Part shown: positions 1 through 12,516 of the stretch, piece after piece
Position numbering within the stretch: position 1 is the first letter of the stretch
Layout: the number at the start of each line of letters is the position of its first letter
Origin: Protoeuglena noctilucae
Taxonomy: Eukaryota
Direction: 5' to 3'
Length of the DNA stretch: 64,000 nucleotides
NCBI GenBank assembly: GCA_958009085.1
Contig: OY253688.1
Location: 434,001-498,000 of the forward strand
Notes under the pieces: model-generated
The model's database searches: none
What the model saw: only the letters and a program-made list of their open reading frames with translations
What the model was told of the DNA's origin: nothing
Translations under genes and position numbers: made by a program

Positions 1-2853
1 GCTTTGGGGCAGGAGAACGTGCCGCGGTGCTATGGGGGCACCCTCGACTGGGAGTGGCGCCCCCTCCGGCCATTGTCAGAATGGGGCGCCGTGAGTGCCA
101 GGGAGCTGCCGCTCGAGGACGACGAGGACATCGTCAAAGTGCAGGCGAGAGAGAGGGAGTGGGTGGTATGCAGACATAGTGCTATGTATGAAAACTTGTT
201 ATGTGTAGGCACTCGTTGGCACTGGTTGACGTGGTATATCAAGATGCCTCGTTCTTCATTCCCTGCTCCGCAGAAGTCCCCAGATGCGGAGCTGCGGCGT
301 GGGGCGGGGCGCGCGGCGAGCCTGGAGGCGCGGGGCGGTGGGCAGGAGGCTGCGACGGTGCAGCATTCGTCGGCGGAAGGGTCGATGGCCGGGGCGAGTC
401 CTCCCAAAGAGGGCAAGGATGGGGGCGTGGGGGAAGGGGAGGGCCGTGGCGATGTGGAGGGGCAAGGGGGGTCTGGGGGAGAGGTGGAGCGAGAGGGACA
501 GGGTGGCTTGGATGGGGAGCGCAAGGCGGAGGAGTCACCGATTCGCGACGCCAAGCGAGCGAGGCGAGAGCTGCAACTGGGAGAGTCGAGGGTAGAGCGT
601 GAGGTTGGGGCAGCTGGGATTGGTCAAGGGAGTGGTTTGGGTGGTCTGGGGGGCAGTGTGAATGTGGGAGAGTCGCGAGAAGCCACGGGCCGAGAGATGG
701 GGGTGCAGTCAGATGCAGGGAGCGTGCTGACAGGACAACAGGGCATTGTGCATGTCGGGGTGTCGGGGCAGATTGGCGCGGGGTCACAAGAACATGGAAT
801 GGGAAGCAATGGGGTCCAGGGTGACCTCTCTGCTGTGGGTCGCGATGAGGGCGGTGATGGGGCGGCGGTGTTGGCTGGGCACGTTGCAGAGGGTAACGGA
901 GCAGCAGAGGGTGTTGAGCGGGGCGGGAGGGTGGCGTCAGCGAGTGTCGGGGGTGGTGAGGGGGCTGTGTCGGCACCGTCGTCGCCATCGTCACCCCTGC
1001 ATGGGGTGGCATCGGTGTCGCAAGAAGGGCCGGGGTCAGAAGGGGTGCGGGGAGGCCAGGAGAAGGTGCTTGCGGCAGGCACAGAGGCCGTGTTGATGGC
1101 GGAGGAGGGAGCGGGCGGAGCTGTAATCGCCCTGGCTAACGCGGGGGCTCTGGCAGTCGATACGCCAGTTCCCGGCATGTTGCAGTCGGTGCCTGGTGCA
1201 ACTGGGCCTGACGCCTCGGCATCGTTACAGGCCCACACGGTTGCCGTGAGCGATGCGACGAGCAGCGGCCCGAGCGACCTGGGAGCATCGCGGGGTGCCT
1301 TGGCCGACGCCTTGCCAGGAGCCCAGGCGGGGAATCACGTAACATCGAATGGCGCGATGCCGATGCCGCGGTCGGAGTCGGAGATAACCGTGGGCCCCGA
1401 GTTACAGTTACTGCCGCAATCGGGGTCTGAGGCAGCAATGACTGGCACGGGGTCCGTCCCACAGTCGGGGTCAGAGACGCGGCTGGCGGATGCAGAGCCG
1501 TTCACGGCAGAGATCAGTTTCCGTCTGGATAGGGGCTCGTCAGAGACGTCGGCATCCGCAGCTGCGGTCGACACGAGGCCGCCGGCGCTTGGCATGCCGG
1601 CCCTCGCCATAGCACGTACTGAGGACACCGGGCCTCGTTTGGGTGTCGCAGAGGGTGCGGGACAGTCGGGGGCGACCGTGGATGTAGACGGCGGCTCCCG
1701 TGGCGCTGGGGAGACGGGGGTTACGGAGCCAGCAGGTGTGGGGAGGGACGGGGGCCACGGTGGGGATGAGGGAGGCAGCGTGAGTCCCGCACCCCCACCA
1801 GAGGTCGGCACACCTGGGGGATCGCCGGCGGAGGCGCGTGCGGAGGTTCCGGCGCCGGAGAGCGACACTGACAGCTCAGAGATGACGGAGGTGAGAGTGG
1901 GTTGCATGCGTGTGTTGTGTGTGGGTGTGGGTGGGTGTGGGCTTGACTGAGGGGGTGGCATTGCGATGCTCGTGTGCTCATCTCGGTCCCTGCAGTCTGA
2001 GGATGACAGCGACTCGGACGTGGGCCTGACTGAGGCGGACGTGCAACTGGTGACGGGAATGGCCACGCCCGTCAAGGCCGAGGCGCCTCTCGATGGCAAC
2101 GGGGTGGACCACGGCGACGGCGGTGAGAGGCGGCCTCCACGTCTCCAGAGCACGTTTTCACCAGGACGCGCATGTTCTCATACAGCACATCGCGTTCTCA
2201 CCTGGACACCGTCCACGCAGCCGTACAGCTGGCTCGGTCACACTGTCACTCCACCTTGTGCCTTTGGACCCTCGCAGTGGCCACCTCCGCGACACCGCAA
2301 TCAACCCGACCAGGCAGCTAACATCCAACCCACCTGGTCTGTTTCACTCGCAGCCGCCACCCCCGCGACCCCGCAATCCACCCGGGCCCGGCAGCTGACC
2401 TCCACGCCGAGCCTGCGTCGAGGCTTCACAGGGGAGTTACGCTCCTTCACGCTGCGCTCCCGGACGTCCCCTGGCCTCCTCAAGCGCTCGCCCAGCAGCG
2501 GCAGTCGGTCCCAGGCCAGCCTCGACGGCAGCCCTGTGCCTGAGTCGGTGCGAGGGGTCCATGCTCTGCACCGCCACGCAACCGGTGAGTGGTGCGGCAG
2601 CTAGGCGAATGGTAGAATGGTTGACGTCATGCAAGATGGGGTGATCGACGCGGCAGCAGCAAGTCGGGGTGGGCAACTCGGAAGACTTGTGCAGCAGATA
2701 ACTCACTCTCTGACCCTTGCGTGATTTTCGTCGCCCTTGTGTGCAGTGGGAGGCGAGAGATTGGCTGCGCTGATGGACGCGGCAGCTGAAGAGGGCGGAG
2801 ACGCAGACGCAGCCCAGCGTGCGGCCAAGCGGCCCAAGCAAGACGCCGATTAG
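1..2853 (+). CDS. 5'-truncated multi-exon gene: probable end of a CRAL-TRIO/Sec14-like domain followed by a long Gly/Ala/Ser/Glu-rich disordered tail
   Basis: Window opens with GQENVPRCYGGT, which resembles the 'LP.EYGG' end of CRAL-TRIO domains. Inferred introns 145-273 (GC-AG), 1891-1994, 2123-2353 and ~2585-2746. Last exon ends AKRPKQDAD-TAG (2851-2853). Confidence 0.45.
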
Positions 2854-3091
2854 AGGACGGAAGCTGATCAGTGAAGCCATCGATGCGTAGCCTGAAGCTG
2901 TCGAGGGGCTCAGGGAGCTGGCTCTGGGTTCTGGGTTTCGTAATCGCCTTGCATCAGAGTGGCTCGTTCAACGGTGGTGCACGAGGGTAGAGTTAGTAAC
3001 GCGCCCTTGCTAGGGCGGCAAAGAGATCCAACAACAGCGTCGTTCGCTTCACAAACGAAGGGACAAGGCAGTCGTTTGTGATCCCGGGGCG

Positions 3092-4583
3092 TCATCCCGG
3101 GGCGCTGTCCTCGCTGCCACCCTTCTTGCGCTTCTTCGCTTTGCCCGCCCCCTCGCCCCCGCCCTGTCCCTGCCCAGCCTCCCTGCACCGCTTCAGCTTC
3201 TGCACAACTGCGCCGAGATTCCTTTTCTGCGAAGTGAGAAGCGAACGGAAACCTCATTACGCTTTGGCCGACCCTCAATCTGGCATGCACACCCAAGCCT
3301 CGCTTGCCACAGCACATGTGCATGACACGCTCACACCCCACCCACAACGCAGCTCCTCGCCTTGTCCGCCTCCAGCTCCTCCTTTGCTTTCGCAATCACC
3401 GCGTCGGCCTGACTCATGCGCTCTTGCAGAGACACCACCCCACCCTCATGCTCCGCCGACCCCTCTGGCCCCACCCCATTGCCACCCTCCGGCCCGACCC
3501 CGTTGCCATCGCCAGCCTCCGCCCCAACCCCTCCGCCAGCCCCCGTATCGCTCAGCCGGAACGCCGCGCCCTCCGCCTCCATTCCGCGCACCTTCTCGGC
3601 CTTGCCGTGCCGCACGGACGCTGACTCAGTTGCCGCGCTCGCCAGAAACGCGTCGAACCGGGCGGGCAGGTCGCCGCCCGTCATCGCCGACCGCAGGCAG
3701 GCCAGGGCCAGCTCGCCCGGGTGGAAGAGGAGTGGTGCGTCGGACAGGCACGCCTCCTCTGCCGCAGCCACCGCACGCTCCGTCACCCTCTTCACCTCCT
3801 CCTCTGTGCACACGACACATAGGGACATAAGAAGGAGGTCCGGGTGGATGGGGATCATCATCTGAAGCAAGGCGAAGCAAACGTCGCAGGCCAGCTTTCG
3901 CAGTACTACACACACGCACCGGTAAGCTTGGCTGCGTGCTTGAGGAGGCGCAGGCCGCCCCGCACGGCCTGGACTGGCGTGTAGGCTGTCAGAGAGAACC
4001 CCAGGCCCTCCAGGAGCACGCTCTCGAGCCGCACCAGTTCCGACGCGGACAAAAGCTGCCTGCAATGCAAGGGGGTGACATGGGCAGCGACTCAGCATGT
4101 TGTACCATCATGTCTACATGGAATGTGTTGCACTTGGGCTGCGTGCCGGGCTGGTGGCCACGAGACCTGCCCCCAGTCAACCCTCCCCAGTGTCCCGCGC
4201 CACGATCACCTCCCCAGGGCCCTCTCCATCGAGGCGAGGAACTTGGAAGCGCTGAAGGGCGTCTCGCTGGACTGGAACATGGGGCACTCCTCGGCCTTCA
4301 CCGCTGCCATGAGGCAGGCGGCCATCAGGTGCTGAGGGACGCAGTGCACAACCGTGTGCCGCACGAAGAAGCGCTTGAAGAAGAGCAGCGCCGCGGAGGC
4401 GACCTGCCGCGGCAGACCCATCTTGCGCGCGAGATCCTGCATCTGGACCTGGGACTGCCGCAGCAGCGCGCCCTCCTCGTCCCGCGTGAGCCCGCCCTCC
4501 CCACGAGATGAGCACCGTAGGTCCTCCAGCTGCTCCGCGGAGAACACCCAGCTGGCCCGCTGAGAGCTGAACGTGTACGTCAT
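3092..4583 (-). CDS. CYCH1: Cyclin H (CAK/TFIIH subunit), 4 exons
   Basis: N-terminus MTYTFSSQRASWVFS. Cyclin box LPRQVASAALLFFKRFF...MAACLMAAVKAEE, then ELVRLESVLLEGLGFSL, SDAPLLFHPGELALACL and QKLKRC. Basic C-terminal tail; TGA at 3092-3094. Confidence 0.85.
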
Positions 4584-4654
4584 GGGTAATATGCAGACGC
4601 ACGGGACCGGCTGTCACTGCAGGGTGCTCTGCAGGGTGGGGCCGGCCCACGGTC

Positions 4655-5498
4655 TCAGAGCTTCTTGAGGTCTGCGCTGAGGGCCCGGTCCACGACGGGC
4701 AGCTGGTCGAGGGAGCGCGCGGAGCACGCGTTTACGCAGCGATCGAAGTCCTTCTGGATCTGCGAGCAAAGCGGGCAAAGCAACGTCAGGGCCGTTGCCG
4801 AACGGATGCGTGGGTGCGCCTTTGCTTGGCGAATGCAACAGGCCTGCGCGCGAGCACGCGCGTGATTTGCGTACCTTATCCTCCTTGGCCTGGGCCAGCT
4901 GGGCCGAGGACGCCTCGTCCTGGCAGACTTGAAGGCAGTTCTGCAGCGACGCCTGGAAGCGGTTCAGGTGCGCGCTCTGAATCTGGTACGCCGCCCCAAT
5001 CTTCGTCTGCGAACAGGCGTTTCGGCGAAGAATGAGTTTGCTCCAGTGCAGCGGGAGAGCCGCGAGCGGGGATGCGCGTTGGCAGGAGCCAACCTTGCAC
5101 GCCGGGCCTCCCCTCGCCGCGAATGCCTGAGCTTTCACCAACCGAGGCGCCCGATGTCAAGCAGGAAAGCACAAAGAGCATGGGAGGCGTACCTGGCACT
5201 TGTTCACGCACGCCTGCAGCTCGTCCTGGGTCGCAGAGGTGTCGCAACAGCGGGAGGAGCACGTGAAGACCTCTTTGTGCAATGGCTTGAAGACCTCCTT
5301 GAAGAGCCTGCGAACAGGGGCCTCGTGCGGCTGTAGCGTGGCTGGAGAAGCAGCCGCGGTCGCTGGCAGGTCCACCCAAGTTCGCTTCCCCCCCGACGCT
5401 CCAAACCAATCGCGTCGCAGCGATCCCACGGCGTGCGGCGGTCCTCACCTTTGGATGAGAGCATCCACGGCCTGGGGGAGCTTGTCGTCCGCGGACAT
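4655..5498 (-). CDS. FAM136A/DUF842-like twin-CX3C protein, ~133 aa, 4 exons
   Basis: Spliced product MSADDKLPQAVDALIQRLFKEVFKPLHKEVFTCSSRCCD...QACVNKCQTKIG...RFQASLQNCLQVCQDE...FDRCVNACS...LKKL*. It has the four CX3C motifs typical of FAM136A. GT-AG introns join in frame. Confidence 0.8.
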
Positions 5499-5956
5499 GC
5501 AGAAGACGCGCCGTCAAGCGCGTGGAACGCAGCGATGCGTACAGGGAAAGGTCCGGGCGACCACTGATTTCGGTGTCAAAATGTGTCTGATCAGCAGAGT
5601 GCAAGAGGCTGTGGACGGGACGGCCTGACGGAGACGGCGGGGCGCACGGCTCTTGCACACGCCAGTCGGTTGCCAGCCCTCGGCGCCGAGCAAACAGATC
5701 GACAAGGTTGACGTCGCTGTGAGAAAGCGCATCACTTCTAGCAGCTTCCGCAACCCAGTCTTCCCTGAGCATGCGTACAGAGCTTTCCTGAGCCAGTGAG
5801 TGCTCCTCCCATCGCCATCTGAGCAAGATATCTTTACAAAAGGTTGGGGAGACGCAGAAGAACTATACACAAGCCTCAAGGCGCTGACAGGTGGCGGCCC
5901 CGAGGCCCACGGGCCATACCTAGCCCGTCCCGGGGACCCAGCAGAAAGGAGGCGCC

Positions 5957-8900
5957 ATGAGGTTCATGCTCGAGGGCCTGGAGGTGAGCACACGCGCAGC
6001 ACATTGCATTTCATCTCTTTGTGCTCCTCCGATTGCCCCGCTGCGCTGGCGATGCCCGATTCGGCTCGCGGACGACCTCGCAGCACACGGCCGTGCCTCG
6101 CGCCCGCGCAGGTCTTCTTCCCCTATGACTACATCTATCCAGAGCAGTACCGGTATATGCTTGAGCTGAAGCGCAGCTTGGATGCCAAGGGTCACTCGCT
6201 CATCGAAATGCCGACGGGGACGGGGAAGACCATCACCCTTCTCTCCCTGATTACCTCGTACCAAATGGCGCACCCGGAGGTCGGCAAACTGGTCTACTGG
6301 TGCGTGTCTTTGCCGGGGCATTCGCAGGTCGTCGCTAGGAGCGCGCGGCCCGGCGTGGCGGACACTGCAACGAGGCACGCTGCGAAGTCGCCCTGTCCGC
6401 AGCACCCGCACGGTCCCCGAGATGGAGAAGGTCCTGGAAGAGTTGAGCGGACTGATTGCGTATCGAAAGAAGGAGATGGGCGACGCGCATCAGCCCATCT
6501 TGGCGCTGGGCCTGTCGTCGCGCAAGGTGAGGGGCTGCGGGGCTACGCTGCAGCGCCCTGTTTGATCCCCTGCAGCCGTTCACGTGCCAAGCGCTCATTG
6601 GGTTATGTGCTGTGACGCACAGAACATGTGCATTCATCCTGACGTGATGGACGAGGGGTCGCGGGAGTCGGTGGATGCGAAGTGTCGCACCCTGACGGCC
6701 TCATGGGTGCGGGAGAGGCACGAGAAGGACGCGGCTGTCAAGGTCTGCACCTTTTTCGAGGAATACGAGAACCAGGGCGCCGAGGTGAGGGGCGAGAAGG
6801 GGTTGGCAAAGAGGGTGGCGCAGCGTGCAGGCGTGAGGTGCAGACAGGGACTGGGGAAGGTGCTAAGCAAACCCGGACTCGGCTCGCAGGCGCTGCTGGA
6901 AGCCGGGGTATATACGCTGGAGGAGCTGCGCAACGTGGGGTCCCAGAAGGGGTGGTGTCCGTACTTCCTCTCCCGCCACATGATCGCCTACGCAAACGTC
7001 ATCGTGTACAACTACCAGGTGAGGCTTGGCTGAGGTTGTTGATTGTTTGCAAGACCGCTCGTCTATTTGCTGTGCTATTGACGCTCATTGACGTCGATGG
7101 GCATGGCCGGCTTCACATGCCAGGCTTGGCTCGGCTGGCGTGACTGTGGCAGGCGTCATGGCCCTCTGCAGTACATGCTGGACCCCAAGGTGGCTGGGAT
7201 GGTGTCCAAGGAGCTCGAGAGGGAGTGCGTGGTGGTGTTTGACGAGGCGCACAACATCGACAACGTGTGCATCGAGGTGAGCAGGGTGGGGCACATGCAG
7301 GCATGAGCGCTGTGTTAGCTGGCGGCGAGGGTCTTGGCAGCTGGGATGCCTGCGTGATGTTTCGAGGTTTGGCAATTACCGGGTCGCTGGTTTGCTGACA
7401 ACTCTTGTCGATCAAACCCCTGCAGGCGCTTTCGGTCAACCTGAGGCGGCACACGCTGGACGCAGCCTCGCGCAACCTCGGGCAGCTGTCGGGAGCGATC
7501 GAGCGCGTCGAGGCAGTGAACGCGGAGCGGTTGCAGGAGGAGTACAACCGATTGGTGCAGGGACTGCAGCGACAGGTGCACAGATGGCGCAGGCACCCTG
7601 ATGCTATCCCATGATGCGTCCCAGCTTCAGCGGCTATGCTCGCGTGTCATCGATTCCAATAGTTGATATTGGTGGACATGCAGCAGATTTGCGGAGATTG
7701 GCGCCCCTCCCAACCCTGCGTCGCAGCAGCAGGGCGCGGGTGCGGACCGAGCGCAGCCCAGAGGCGGGGAGGACCTCTTAGCCAACCCGGTGCTGCCGGA
7801 GGACATTATGCAGGAGGTCCCCGGAAACGTGCGCAAGGCCAAGGCATTCGTCAAGTTCATGGAGGTAAGATGCACCGCAACGTTCCGCACCACACATATG
7901 CAGCGTGCGCAAGCTGTTTTGTCTTGTTCGCTGCACTTTCTCGACTGCGCGACGCGTCGTTTCAGCTGGCCTGGCGTTGAGCAGTGACAGCCCCTGCGTC
8001 ATCTCACTGACCTGACCCCTGCACGCAGCGCTTGGTGCGGCACATGAAGCACCGAATGAACGTGGTGAACGTGGAGCAGGAGAGCCCGACGGCGTTCCTG
8101 TCGGGGTTGCAGGAGAAGATGGGGACCGACATGACCTCTAAGTCTCTGCGGTTCTGCTACGACCGACTGCAGGTGCGGTGCGCAGTCCATGGCAGGCCCA
8201 CAGCTCTCTCTGCTGAAGCCCCGAAGCTGCTTTTTGGAGTTGTTGACGATCCGCTTGCTTTGGGAGCGTCGCTTGTATGGACTGTGCGCGTGCACACGTG
8301 CCAGTCGAGTGCCGCAGCCATGCAGTGGCGATACTGGGTGGCTTCCATGCCTAGGCTTTCTTCACGGCACGCAGTCTCTGCTCAAGACGCTAGAGATCAC
8401 GGACACGGACGACTTCACGCCCATTCAGCTCGTGGCCGACTTCGCCACGCTCATCGGGACCTACGCCCGCGGGTTCGCCCTCATCATCGAGCCCTTCGAT
8501 GAGCGGATGCCCACCGTCCCCGACCCCATCATCCAGGCGCGCGCGGCTCTCTGCTTTCTCGCACTCCACCGCTTTGTTCTTTCCTCCCTGCAAGGGCTGT
8601 CTCGCGGGCTCGGTCATGCAACTCCCCCGTCTCGTTTCTTGCACGCAGCTGTCGTGCCTGGACGCCTCGCTGGCGATGCGCCCGGTGTTCGAGCGCTTCC
8701 AGTCCGTGGTCATCACGTCCGGCACGCTCTCGCCCATCGACCTGTACCCCAAGATTTTGAATTTCAACCCGGTGACGATCCAGTCGCTGCAGATGACCCT
8801 CACCCGCGAGTGCATTCTCCCCGTCATCCTCACCCGCGGCCACGACCAGGTCCCGGTATCGACGCGCTTCGAGGTCCGCGAGGACGAGGCCGTCGTTTTG

Positions 8901-10347
8901 AACTACGGCCGCATGCTGGTCGAGATGGCCAAGGTATGCCCCGACGGCATCACGGTCTTCTTTGTGTCGTATCTATACATGGACCAGGTGGTGTCCAAGT
9001 GGCACGACTTGGGCATCCTCGACGAGATTATGCAGCACAAGCTCGTCTTCCTGGAGACACAGGCGAGCGAGATGGGGCGCGTGGCACAAGGCGTGGACGG
9101 CGTGACATGGAAGGGGCGCAGCGACGGCACTGGGTTGATCAATCGGGCCGAACCGGCCATTTACTCACTGCCTCATGCTGTTTGTATCGCTTGGGGCCAC
9201 TGTACGGAGTGGCCGTGAGCGATTGCTGTTTTTGCCAGTTGCCCACCATGCCATCTAATGTGCTGTTGTTCACACCGCCAGCCGACTCACCCATCGGGCT
9301 GCCCTGACGCACCCACCATTCCTATCTGCGTTGCGCAGGACGTGGTGGAGACGACGCTGGCCCTGGACAACTTCCGCCGTGCCTGCGACCGCGGTCGTGG
9401 AGCCGTGTTCCTGTCCGTGGCACGTGGCAAGGTCTCTGAGGGCATCGACTTCGACTCCCACTACGGTCGCTGCGTTATCATGATCGGGGTGCCGTACCAG
9501 TACACTCAGAGCAAGATCCTCCGCGCCCGCCTCGAGGTGAGGCCTTGTTTGTGCCGCAGCTTGGCGCGTCACCGAAGCCCAATGCAGCGTGCCAGCTTCC
9601 TCGGCTCTGGCTAGCATGGCAACACCATGCTACTCGATGTTTGATGGTTACAATGTCATTCCTACGCAGTATCTGCACGAGACGTTTCAGATCAAGGAGC
9701 AGGACTATCTGACCTTTGACGCCATTCGCCAGGCCGCCCAGTGCGTGGGGCGCGTCATCCGATCCAAGAGGGACTACGGCATGATGGTGTTTGCGGATAA
9801 GCGCTACCAGAGGCACGACAAGAGGGACAAGCTCCCCCAGGCGAGGGGCATGGTGTTTGCCTGACAGCAGGCGTGATGGCAGCTGGGCGCGTGCAAGCAG
9901 GAGCGTTTCCGCTCAGCTCGTTCTAATCACCTCCCTTTGCCCGCAGTGGATCACGGCGCATTTGAAAGACGCTCACATGAACCTTTCGACGGACATGCTG
10001 GTCCACGTGGCGCGAAACTTTTTCAGTGAAATGGCGCAGCCATACGAGGAGGCCATTGTCGGGCAGAGCCTGCTCAGGTGCGACGGCGCGGGCGTTCAAG
10101 CGCGCGGACGCAGGGCGTTGGGTCCCTGGCGTGGTTATGGTGCAGCGATGCTACTTGTGAGACATGTGGCGACAAGTGCGGAGTGCTGCTGCGTGTTGTT
10201 GCGCGCAGCGAGGAGCAGGTCAACAGCATGGACACCGCGAGGGCCCCCCCGGCGACAGGGGTGCACCCGGGTGCAGGGCTGCGCTTGGCGGGCAATGGGG
10301 GCGCGGGCGGCACAGGGAGCAAGGCGGGGGCGATCCCGGTCGGGTGA
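5957..10347 (+). CDS. XPD: XPD/RAD3/ERCC2 5'-3' DNA helicase of TFIIH, ~15 exons
   Basis: [22 protein letters not shown], Walker [10 protein letters not shown], Fe-S cysteines ([21 protein letters not shown]), [52 protein letters not shown]. Confidence 0.97.
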
Positions 10348-10569
10348 CCCATTGGTCACTCGTAGCCGCCGGGGAGGCTACGGCAGCAAATTTGGCGGCT
10401 TGCCCTCCTGCTCCTCTTTTGGCATTGAAAAGGCCTCGGACGTTGGCTCAGGGAGGGGCTCCGGCGTCCACCTGCGGTCGTGCGGATGCGAAGGCTCCGG
10501 TTAGGATAGGAATGCCACCCGCCGGTCAACGACGCGCTAGGTACATGCACGGCAGCAATGGCAATGCGC

Positions 10570-11204
10570 TCACTTGATCCACTGCCCATCCGGGCCCTTT
10601 CGGTACTCGTCAGCGATGTTCAGGTGGTCCGTGACCGTGTGCTGCGCGGACGGGGTACGCTCTGTGCTCGAGGACGGCACGGTTGCGTGCATGAACACCT
10701 CGCTCATGCAAGGAGCACTCACCCACTTCTCGCAGTGCTGGCACTGCGCGAAAACGCTGCCCCTCTTGAGCGCCCGCGGGCTGCACATCCGCTCCGAGCG
10801 GCCCCCGCACAGGTTGCACGTGAAGCGGATCACCGTCGTCCTTCGACCCATCTCCTCCACATAGTCAGTGACCTGCGGGGCCCCGCGGACCGGCGTCGCG
10901 CCGTGAGGAAGCAAGCGCGGGGGTGAAATGCCCCTCCTCGCGCACAGGGCGTGTAACTATGCCGCGTTTGCCACTGCACCTCGGTATCCGACACTTGTCT
11001 GTCATTGGGTCCGGAAGATGAGCCTCCCAGGGCTCCCGCGGCGCGAAACTTGGGCGACGAGTGCTGCCATGGTTCTGGGCGCAGAGCAGCGCGGCGCAGT
11101 GGCCGAACGGGCCGCCATGCAGTCCCCGGGCAGATGTGAAGGCAAGGGAGCCGAGAGATGCCAAGCCTTCCCGGGACGGGCGGCGCAGCTGTTGCGGACG
11201 CCAT
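10570..11204 (-). CDS. DNL-type zinc finger (Hsp70 escort/Zim17-Hep family) with organellar transit peptide, 3 exons
   Basis: Arg/Ala/Ser/Pro-rich N-terminus MASATAAPPVPG..., then FTCNLCGGRS...GSVFAQCQHCEKW|HTVTDHL. Confidence 0.85.
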
Positions 11205-11396
11205 CTCCGTCGAGCCCCTGAACACAATGGGCCCCAAAACCACGCGGTGCGCTTGAACGAACCCACACTGGCGCGCAATCGAGCCTGGCAATGCGCTATA
11301 TAGCAAGGGCGGGCAGGTGAGTGCCAGAGACGCATGCAAACGCGTCGTCCGAAACGTCTGAATGCAAAGAAGCAGCGGAGTAGGGCAGCTACGAGC

Positions 11397-12104
11397 TCAT
11401 TGTGGCGTCGGCATGGCAGGGTCCCTGCGACCGTAGATGATGTCCTCCTCCTCCTTGGTCCAGTCGTTCTGGATGCCGAAGTTCTGCCGGAGCTCCTCGG
11501 TCGTCTTTCCCTTGATCTGCGGGGCGCACACGGTCACCAGGATCTCCTCGCCAGCCCACGGGGCGACGTTGAACAAAGCAACGGCTGACTCAGAAACCCG
11601 CGCCCCTGAGAGCCGCACCTTCATCGCGAGCGTCCGGGCAGCCAGCTCGACGAGTGCGTCGATGTCGAGGAAGTTGGCGGCCAGCATGATCTCGAATATT
11701 TCCTTCTGGTTGAGCTCCTTCATGAAATCCTCGTCCCGGTCAATGACGTCGTCCTCGTCCATCCCCTCGGAGTGGTAGTTGCACCATGTCACCACCTGTG
11801 CAGCGATAAGACAAGCACGTGGGTTTCCAATGCTTTCCAGGGCAACACCGTGCAGTTCTTCATCGCACCCGCTCCCGCGCATTCGCCTGCGCAGCCCCCT
11901 TGCGCGAGGAGAGGCGCACAGGCGCTACCGATGCACCTTCGCCATCGTGGGACCCGTGATCTGCCCCTGCACGGGGACCAGTTGCTCGGTACCCGTCTCC
12001 TCGATCGTGTTGGCTACGAATTTGGACAGCTTGGCCGCGGCCAGCGACATCTCGAACGTCTCCCCATCGGCCGTGGTTTTGACCACTACCTTGGCCTCCG
12101 CCAT
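11397..12104 (-). CDS. SKP1: SKP1/ASK-family SCF adaptor, 3 exons
   Basis: TADGETFEM...ITGPTMAK|VVTWCNYH...FEIMLAANFLDIDALVELAARTLAMK|IKGKTTEELRQNFGIQNDWTKEEE. Confidence 0.9.
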
Positions 12105-12516
12105 CCCCGACGCGTCCCACGAAGCACCTCGGGTCCAGTACCCAGCGGCTGTTTGCTCGAACACGGCAGGATGGCTGAAGAGCAGGACGAACGGGCTCTC
12201 CGCGTGCAGCGAAGGCGCAGGTGGCTAAAGGCGCTGACAGCGCAATGCCGATATTGCCTGCTCACATCCGCAAGGCTGTCGATGAAGTAGCACCGGGACA
12301 GGCCGATATATTGACGCCCTGGCGAGATGGACCGGCGCCAGTGACGCGTCATGACTCAATGCCCTGCCTGCCGCCACGGGGGGCTCAAAGCGGCGCGCAC
12401 GGTTCTCTCGCATTGCTGTATCGCTAGTAGTGGAAGGGCGTTGACAATATTGCCAACGAAATTGCGCTTACACGACGGTGCATAGCTCGTGCTTTCTCCA
12501 TCGCTCCCTCCCGCCG

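Noticed and set aside
10610..10640. 'DHL' instead of 'DNL' in the zinc finger as a novel variant
   Set aside because: DHL is a known natural variant in the Zim17/Hep1 family.
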